The position numbers and the translations under genes were made by a program. The notes beneath the pieces were generated by a model. It searched no databases. It had not been told where the DNA came from and saw nothing but the letters and a program-made list of their open reading frames with translations. 64,000 nt of DNA from an uncultured Ruficoccus sp. (GTDB taxonomy: Bacteria; Verrucomicrobiota; Verrucomicrobiia; Opitutales; Cerasicoccaceae). The stretch spans positions 76,718 to 140,717 of the forward strand of contig OZ223521.1 in NCBI GenBank assembly GCA_965140785.1, in the 5' to 3' direction. Numbering within the stretch: position 1 is the first letter of the stretch; each line of letters opens with the position of its first letter. Below, piece by piece: positions 58,626 to 64,000 of this stretch.

Positions 58626-59876
58626 ATGATGGCTCCTTCACTTCAAGCCCCGCCCGATATGTCTCGCACGAAGCAAGTGAGCATACCTGATGAATCCGTA
58701 TCCAGGTCTTCTGCTGACCGGAATAAAAGGCGCGGAGACAAGCGCCGGAGCATGGTTATTCAGGTCATGATCTACAGCGTGGCGGCTCATGCGGTAGCGT
58801 TGTTTATTTGGGGGAATATTGTGCTGTGGCAGAATATCACCGATGACGACACACCTCAGTTGGAGGCTCCGCCGTCTTCTGAGCCTGAGTCGGTGCCTCC
58901 GTTGAAGATGGAAGTGAAACTGCTCAAGCAGATTCCCCAACGAGCCCCTTCGCAGATTACCGTTAAAAATGCGGCCGAAATCGATCTGCCCCAGGTTAAC
59001 GTAGATATCCCTATGCCGGGGGCGAACGTAGGGTTTGGGAAATATGGGGAGGGTGGTATTGGGCTGACCTTGCCTACGATTGATATCGAGTCCGTTTTCG
59101 GTAGCTCACGGGCTGCAGATGGGAAACTGACAGGCTATCTGTATGACTTGAAGAAAAATCCGGGGGGGGAAATCTTACAAAAACCGAGAGAGGGTAAGGG
59201 GCTGCCCTACAGCAGTCGTGAGCACACCTTGGCGTACGAGAAGGTAATTAATGAGTTCATGTCCAGAAACTGGAATGAAAATGTTTTCAAAAACTTTGCC
59301 CGCTCGCCGACTCCCCTATACGGGAACTTGTTTTTTATCCCATCAATGTCGGCTTCAGAGGCTCCGAAGTCCTTCGGGCTAGAAAATGAAATGGAGCCGG
59401 CGATGTGGGTGGCGTACTACCATGGAGAGATGGTTCCAGCAGTGTCGGGCCGGTTTCGGCTGGTGGGAAAGGCCGATGATATGCTAATTGTACGCATCAA
59501 CCGTCGTGTTGTGTTTGATGGTGGTTACCATACTTTTGCAACGGTGGAAGAGGGGGAGATGGACGTCAACGGTCGCTGGCGGCTGGGAGGGCTGACGAAA
59601 AATCCTGTGGCAGGTGAGTGGTTTTCGCTGGAGAAAGGGCGAAAGGTGGATGTGGAGGTCCTGCTCGGGGAGATCCCGGGTGGAAAGTTCGGGAGCGTGC
59701 TTCTGTATCAGCAATATGGCGTCGAATATCCCATGAAAAACGGCGTGCCTGTGTTGCCAGTCTTTTCGACATCCCCGCTCAGTGAGTCTCAAATCGAATT
59801 GGTGGAAAGCAAGGGAAATGGGCTGATCGATGTTGATGGGTCGTTGGTTGCTCAGCCCGAGGAACTGAGTGAATGA
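58626..59876 (+). CDS. Membrane-anchored protein: TonB/TolA-like TM (SxxxH), Pro-rich linker, PA14-like C-domain
   Basis: SVAAHAVALFIW TM; APPSSEPESVPP linker; YHG..VP..SGRFRLVG.ADD.LIVRIN (PA14-like). Start uncertain. Confidence 0.6.
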   Translation: MMAPSLQAPPDMSRTKQVSIPDESVSRSSADRNKRRGDKRRSMVIQVMIYSVAAHAVALFIWGNIVLWQNITDDDTPQLEAPPSSEPESVPPLKMEVKLLKQIPQRAPSQITVKNAAEIDLPQVNVDIPMPGANVGFGKYGEGGIGLTLPTIDIESVFGSSRAADGKLTGYLYDLKKNPGGEILQKPREGKGLPYSSREHTLAYEKVINEFMSRNWNENVFKNFARSPTPLYGNLFFIPSMSASEAPKSFGLENEMEPAMWVAYYHGEMVPAVSGRFRLVGKADDMLIVRINRRVVFDGGYHTFATVEEGEMDVNGRWRLGGLTKNPVAGEWFSLEKGRKVDVEVLLGEIPGGKFGSVLLYQQYGVEYPMKNGVPVLPVFSTSPLSESQIELVESKGNGLIDVDGSLVAQPEELSE

Positions 59877-60210
59877 ACGAGCCATTCGTTTATGCATGCA
59901 TTCATTTCCTTAAGCCTCGCAAGCGAAGTGCAGCAAAATCAAAACACAATGAAAGCGGACCTGTCAGCTCAAGGTACGAACCTCGATGTTGAGAAAATCC
60001 GCTACGGCCATCGCGTCGGCTTAAACCCGATTTTCGGTCTGAAGAAGTCTATCTTTTTTCCTCTTTGCTCGTTACGTTAGCAGGTCCAAGCACCCCGAAT
60101 GAAAATAGCACTCCCGACGAGGCGGAGGTTTGCTCGGGGCTCTATGGAAAGACCTGAATAGAGAGAGTGGGAACAGGGAGTTCCGCAGGTGTCTCTTTTC
60201 CGTCGGGTGG

Positions 60211-61254
60211 CTACGCGCCTGACGCTCGGAAATCGGCGGGGGGCTTACAGGTGGAGGCGTGGACCACGAGCTTGCCGGGAATCGTCATGACCATATTCGT
60301 GTTGCTGATCTCGAGAAGGTGGGAGAATAGCAGGTGGACCGCCGTTTTACCCATCTGATCCCAGTCCGGTTCATAGGAAGTTATGGGTATGATGGCACCG
60401 GGATTGAGCATGTTGTTATCAAAGCCGGCAATACTGAAGCGCTCCGGAAGTTTCCAGCCGGCATCGTGCAACTGGTGCTGGAGCTGGTAGGCGGCCATAT
60501 CGCTGCTGCACATGGCTGCACTGTAGCGGGAGATGAGGTCCATTGGGACCATGCCATCACGGTGAGGGTGTAGGTGAGAGTGCAGATGCGCGTACGGAGT
60601 CAGGCCGTAGTCGTGCATGGCTGCAATATAGCCATAGGAGCGCTCTTTGAAGATCTGGGTATTCTTCTGCATGTAGCCCACAAAGATGATCTGGCGGTGG
60701 CCGAGCTTGATCAGGTGTTCGGTGGCGAGGTAGGCCCCGTGGAAGTTGTCGGCTACGATCCGCGGCAACCCCGGGCATTCAATAAAGCTGCTGACGGCCA
60801 AGGCGGGAAAATCGCCGAGCTGCTTGATGGTTTCAGCCGTGAAACGGCCCAGCAGGAAGACACAGTTGACCGTCCCATTGCGGACCAGTTGCGGTATGGT
60901 CGGTGGGGTGGGGGCGGCGGTCTCGATCATGGTTTCGATCTCCAGCCGCTGACACTCTTTTTGCAGGGAGAGGAAAATACGGCGCATGATGTGGGACTTC
61001 AGCAAATCGACATCGGGAGCCTCATCATTTTCGTAAATAATGATGCCGGCCCGCTGCCGTTCGGAGGTGCGGTGCGGGGCCGCGAGTGTGTTCGTGTGGA
61101 ACGCCCGCTTCTTGGTGTAGCCCAGCTCGGCGGCTTTTTTCAGGACGCGCTCTTTGGTGTCCGGGGCCAGGTCGGGATGTCCCCGCAGGGCTCGGGAGAC
61201 GGTGATGACGGATAGGTTGAGGGCTTCGGCGATTTGCTTTTGGTTGACGGACAT
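60211..61254 (-). CDS. LacI-family transcriptional regulator
   Basis: Start re-set to ATG 61254: SVNQKQIAEALNLSVITVSRALR; DNFHGAYLATEHLIKLGHR; PERFSIAGFD. Confidence 0.92.
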   Translation of the reverse strand: MSVNQKQIAEALNLSVITVSRALRGHPDLAPDTKERVLKKAAELGYTKKRAFHTNTLAAPHRTSERQRAGIIIYENDEAPDVDLLKSHIMRRIFLSLQKECQRLEIETMIETAAPTPPTIPQLVRNGTVNCVFLLGRFTAETIKQLGDFPALAVSSFIECPGLPRIVADNFHGAYLATEHLIKLGHRQIIFVGYMQKNTQIFKERSYGYIAAMHDYGLTPYAHLHSHLHPHRDGMVPMDLISRYSAAMCSSDMAAYQLQHQLHDAGWKLPERFSIAGFDNNMLNPGAIIPITSYEPDWDQMGKTAVHLLFSHLLEISNTNMVMTIPGKLVVHASTCKPPADFRASGA

Positions 61255-61348
61255 GACGGGTGAAGGCGGCTGGGTCGCGGGAGACGGCTGGCGGTGATCA
61301 GGGTAGGCCGAAATGGCTGTCGGCGCCCATCTATGCCCAGTCAGCATG

Positions 61349-61539
61349 ATTACCGGTAATAGTGGTGGCAATGATAATGTGGTTCTATTTCCCGTCAGCC
61401 TAAGCTGAAATTCGGAGTCGAGAAGGGGAAGCGATCGGATACCGGTAGTAATATTTCTCCGGAGAACATCAGAGAGAAGGGAGCTGTATTTATTTGAATG
61501 TGTGGGGGTTGCGGAGTTTGGTTTGTAACTACCGGTAAT
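61349..61539. promoter_or_regulatory. Three TACCGGTA palindromic operator-like sites about 90 bp apart
   Basis: Cores start at 61351, 61440 and 61530 (ATTACCGGTAAT, ATACCGGTAG, ACTACCGGTAAT); a perfect TTGACA lies at 61567-61572. Confidence 0.7.
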
Positions 61540-61614
61540 TAAATGATGTAAATATCGACAAATACGTTGACAAGGCGTCAAAATGGTGAGTCGTTGGGCT
61601 AGTAACGAACCCCT

Positions 61615-62370
61615 TTGTGTATCCCCGTGAAGTTGCCCCTTATCGTTTTGACTCCGCCAACTGGCTGCTTTCGTGGCCGGCTAGCGTTTACGTTAATCGA
61701 GCTGCTGACGGTGATCGCGGTGATTGCGATCCTGGCTTCGCTGATCATTGCCGGAGTCGGCAAGGTCCGGACCACGGTCATGAAGTCGCAGGGCAGCTCA
61801 AATATGCGTCAGATCGGGGCGGCGGTGCTGATGTATTCCAACGAGCATGGCGGCTACCTGCCAGGCCCCAGCGGCCTGGGGCTGGTCCCGTATTTCCGCA
61901 ATCCCGGAGAAACGAACCTGAGCGTATTCATCGCTCCCTACCTGGACGTTCCGCTGGACACTCCCCGTGGCGAGAACGGCGTGGTCATGGTCCCCGCCAT
62001 GGTCTGTCCGGGGGCAGAGGCAGTGTTGGATCAGGAGGAGGGCGAGCTACCGCCCCCTTACTATGTACAGAGCTACGACCTGGATATCCCGCGGGGACGT
62101 ATTTTCGGCGCCCAGGAGTACGGTAATTCGGAAGCGACCACCGGCTGGATGCTGACGCGCATCGAGGAGTTGGGCTCGCCCGCAAGCACCTGGATGCTGA
62201 CCAATCTCGACCAGCAGTTGCCGACCGACATGCCGACTTCCCGAAGCGGCAGTGTGACCGCCTCGGGCTGGTTCTCCCGCCTGCCGGAAAAGCCGGTCTG
62301 GGGAGACACGCGCATGCGCCTGTACCTCGACGGCCATGTGGCCGAAGTCCCCCGCGATGCCGAGTACTGA
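61615..62370 (+). CDS. Prepilin-type N-terminal cleavage/methylation protein with H-X9-DG-like C-terminus
   Basis: A|FTLIELLTVIAVIAILASLII, SNMRQIG.A..MY, CP, C-terminal W-X9-DGHV. Start uncertain (61615 TTG or 61627 GTG). Confidence 0.9.
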   Translation: MCIPVKLPLIVLTPPTGCFRGRLAFTLIELLTVIAVIAILASLIIAGVGKVRTTVMKSQGSSNMRQIGAAVLMYSNEHGGYLPGPSGLGLVPYFRNPGETNLSVFIAPYLDVPLDTPRGENGVVMVPAMVCPGAEAVLDQEEGELPPPYYVQSYDLDIPRGRIFGAQEYGNSEATTGWMLTRIEELGSPASTWMLTNLDQQLPTDMPTSRSGSVTASGWFSRLPEKPVWGDTRMRLYLDGHVAEVPRDAEY

Positions 62371-62414
62371 GCGCTCACAGCCCCTTGCGGTTTATCAATA
62401 AACTTTCATCTCCG

Positions 62415-64000
62415 ATGGCCTTTTTTCCTATGACTGACTTCGTGCCTACCCGCCCATCACTCCTGGTGGCAATGAGCCTGGCAATGACGCTGGTCGCTTG
62501 TTCCCCCCGGAGAGGGACGGCTGATGAAGTCGCTCCTCCGGCACCGGTCACGCCGAGCAAGTCGCACGCTTCCTCCGTCGCGGAAAAAGACGCCAGTGCC
62601 TCGACAACCCCGGGGCGCGAGCAGGCCGTGGCCAGCCCGAAGTCCTCGAAGGCTCCCGGTGATCCGCATGATGAAGATGCCCGGGTGCTCCCGATAAAGA
62701 ATCCCGGCTTTGAAGACGGATTGGCCGGCTGGCGAAATCTGGAGAGCGAGCCGATGAGTGCGGTCAAGCCCGAGGCCGCGCATCAGGGCAAGAGTGGCCT
62801 GCGGGTGGAGGATACTTCTGACAAAAAATCTTCCTCCACGGTTGCGGCCAGCTTCCCGGTGGAGCCTGGGCGTGCTTACCGTTTTTCGTGTTATGCCCGC
62901 CGGGTCTCCGGGCACGGCATCTCGATCTACCTGCGCTTCCTGGATGCCAACGGGAAATACCTGAACAAATGGCCCGACTTCATCGATCAGATGCAGGTCG
63001 AGCCTAAGGAGTGGACGAAATTCACGGTGGAGGCGATCCCGCCCAACGGCACCGCCTCCGTCGATGTGATGGTGGGCTCCTATGGCTGGTCGCAGGTAGT
63101 GGCCGATTTCGACGACTTTACGCTGGAGAGCTACTTGCCGGAAATCGATCCGCCCTGGGAGCCGACCTACTATTTTAACTTGAACGATCCCGCTGACCGG
63201 GCGCGGCTGACCCCGGCGGATGTGCCCGGCCCGGACGGGCTGGTCTATCCGGACTGGCGGCGGGCCGGTATCCCCGGCGGGATTCCCGACACGGACGAGT
63301 TGGATTGGATTGCCGGACCGGAAGATTTCGATGAGCACGCGGGCAAGGACATCGCGGATTTGCTTCAGCGCGCGGTGGACGAGGCCGCCGACAATGGCGG
63401 AGGCTTGATCGAGCTGCCGGCGGGGGGCTTCCTGCTCTCACATACGATCGTCATCCGCGGGTCGAACACCGTGCTGCGCGGGGCCGGGATCGGCCGGACG
63501 AATCTGCTTTTCACGGGCGCTATCCCCTACGGTACCGTGCGTGGGCGCAGTTGGTCCGCCACGAACAAAATCGGCCCCAACGGCTTTTGCGAACTTCAGG
63601 CCAACCCGAAGAACCTGGTCCGCCTCACCGTGACCAGCGAGGGCAAGACGGTGGCCGATGAAAAGCTGCGCAAGCACTGGGGCGGGCGCTACTATGCCCG
63701 CATGCGGGGCGGGGACCTCCTGAGTAAGCTCGGACCCGGTCGCCATACGCTCAAGGGCCAGGCCTTTTATAAAAACGGCGACTCCTTCACCGGGACTTAC
63801 GAGGTCGAACTCTCCGCCGCGCATCTGCCGACGGATACGTGGGCCGACCAGCACGCCATCATCGGCATCTTTGGCGGCGGCTACATCAGTGACAAAATCC
63901 CGCTTTCGGCCACGGCGAAACGCGGGGACAGCTTTATCCCGCTCGAGCCCGGACACGGGCTCAAGGCCGGGGACTGGATCATGATTGAGGCTCCCCAGAG
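62415..64000 (+). CDS. Lipoprotein with CBM4/9-like domain and pectate-lyase-like beta-helix; 3' end runs off the window
   Basis: Not in the ORF track. Hand translation from ATG 62415/62430: lipobox TLVAC, Ser/Pro/Ala linker, NPGFEDGLAGW...V.PGRAY.FS...FDDF, then YPDWRRAGIPGGIP, LQRAVD...GGGLIELPAG.F and VLRGAG. Confidence 0.8.
   Translation, partial: MAFFPMTDFVPTRPSLLVAMSLAMTLVACSPRRGTADEVAPPAPVTPSKSHASSVAEKDASASTTPGREQAVASPKSSKAPGDPHDEDARVLPIKNPGFEDGLAGWRNLESEPMSAVKPEAAHQGKSGLRVEDTSDKKSSSTVAASFPVEPGRAYRFSCYARRVSGHGISIYLRFLDANGKYLNKWPDFIDQMQVEPKEWTKFTVEAIPPNGTASVDVMVGSYGWSQVVADFDDFTLESYLPEIDPPWEPTYYFNLNDPADRARLTPADVPGPDGLVYPDWRRAGIPGGIPDTDELDWIAGPEDFDEHAGKDIADLLQRAVDEAADNGGGLIELPAGGFLLSHTIVIRGSNTVLRGAGIGRTNLLFTGAIPYGTVRGRSWSATNKIGPNGFCELQANPKNLVRLTVTSEGKTVADEKLRKHWGGRYYARMRGGDLLSKLGPGRHTLKGQAFYKNGDSFTGTYEVELSAAHLPTDTWADQHAIIGIFGGGYISDKIPLSATAKRGDSFIPLEPGHGLKAGDWIMIEAPQ

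Noticed and set aside
59892..60080. 62-aa ORF after the PA14-like gene
   Set aside because: No recognisable motif; cannot be supported as a gene.
62375..63956. Minus-strand ORFs up to 293 aa
   Set aside because: Antisense shadows of the plus-strand lipoprotein gene that runs off the window.
1..64000. CRISPR arrays, rRNA/tRNA, prophage, defence systems, reverse transcriptases
   Set aside because: No repeat-spacer periodicity or diagnostic motifs were seen by eye; very short RNA genes could be missed without a covariance search.

Overview
A 64-kb carbohydrate-utilisation region, about 55-60% GC by eye. It is most likely from a Verrucomicrobiota (Opitutia-type) bacterium; this is inferred from the PEP-CTERM proteins, Opitutae-style LacI regulators, an H-X9-DG-type prepilin and giant PilX-like proteins. 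It encodes GH130, GH2, GH30, GH3, GH43 and GH78 enzymes, two ~1100-aa secreted clan GH-A-like proteins, a heparinase II/III-like lyase, a BNR_4 propeller, a multidomain esterase and a beta-helix lipoprotein. Transport is by a frameshifted sodium:solute symporter and a split sugar ABC transporter, and there are six regulators (3 LacI, 2 AraC, 1 GntR). No SusC/SusD, rRNA, tRNA or CRISPR array was seen. Two candidate undescribed systems stand out. (1) An AraC-divergent gene run couples an O2-dependent PhyH-family Fe/2OG dioxygenase to an atypical glycyl-radical enzyme (Cys loop GCGE, Gly loop RVGGF) and its activase. (2) A SusCD-free glycan-uptake architecture is built from giant PilX-like pilins, a prepilin, PEP-CTERM proteins, a TPR lipoprotein and a TonB-like/PA14 protein, linked by operator-like motifs readable in the DNA. 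These motifs include a 42-bp repeat shared by the two halves of the ABC system and a triplet of palindromes spaced about 90 bp apart. Several relics (isomerase, uxuA-like, transposase, a possible IS200/IS605 mini-element) point to recent remodelling. Two edge genes missing from the ORF track were read by hand. All family calls come from motif recognition, not database searches.
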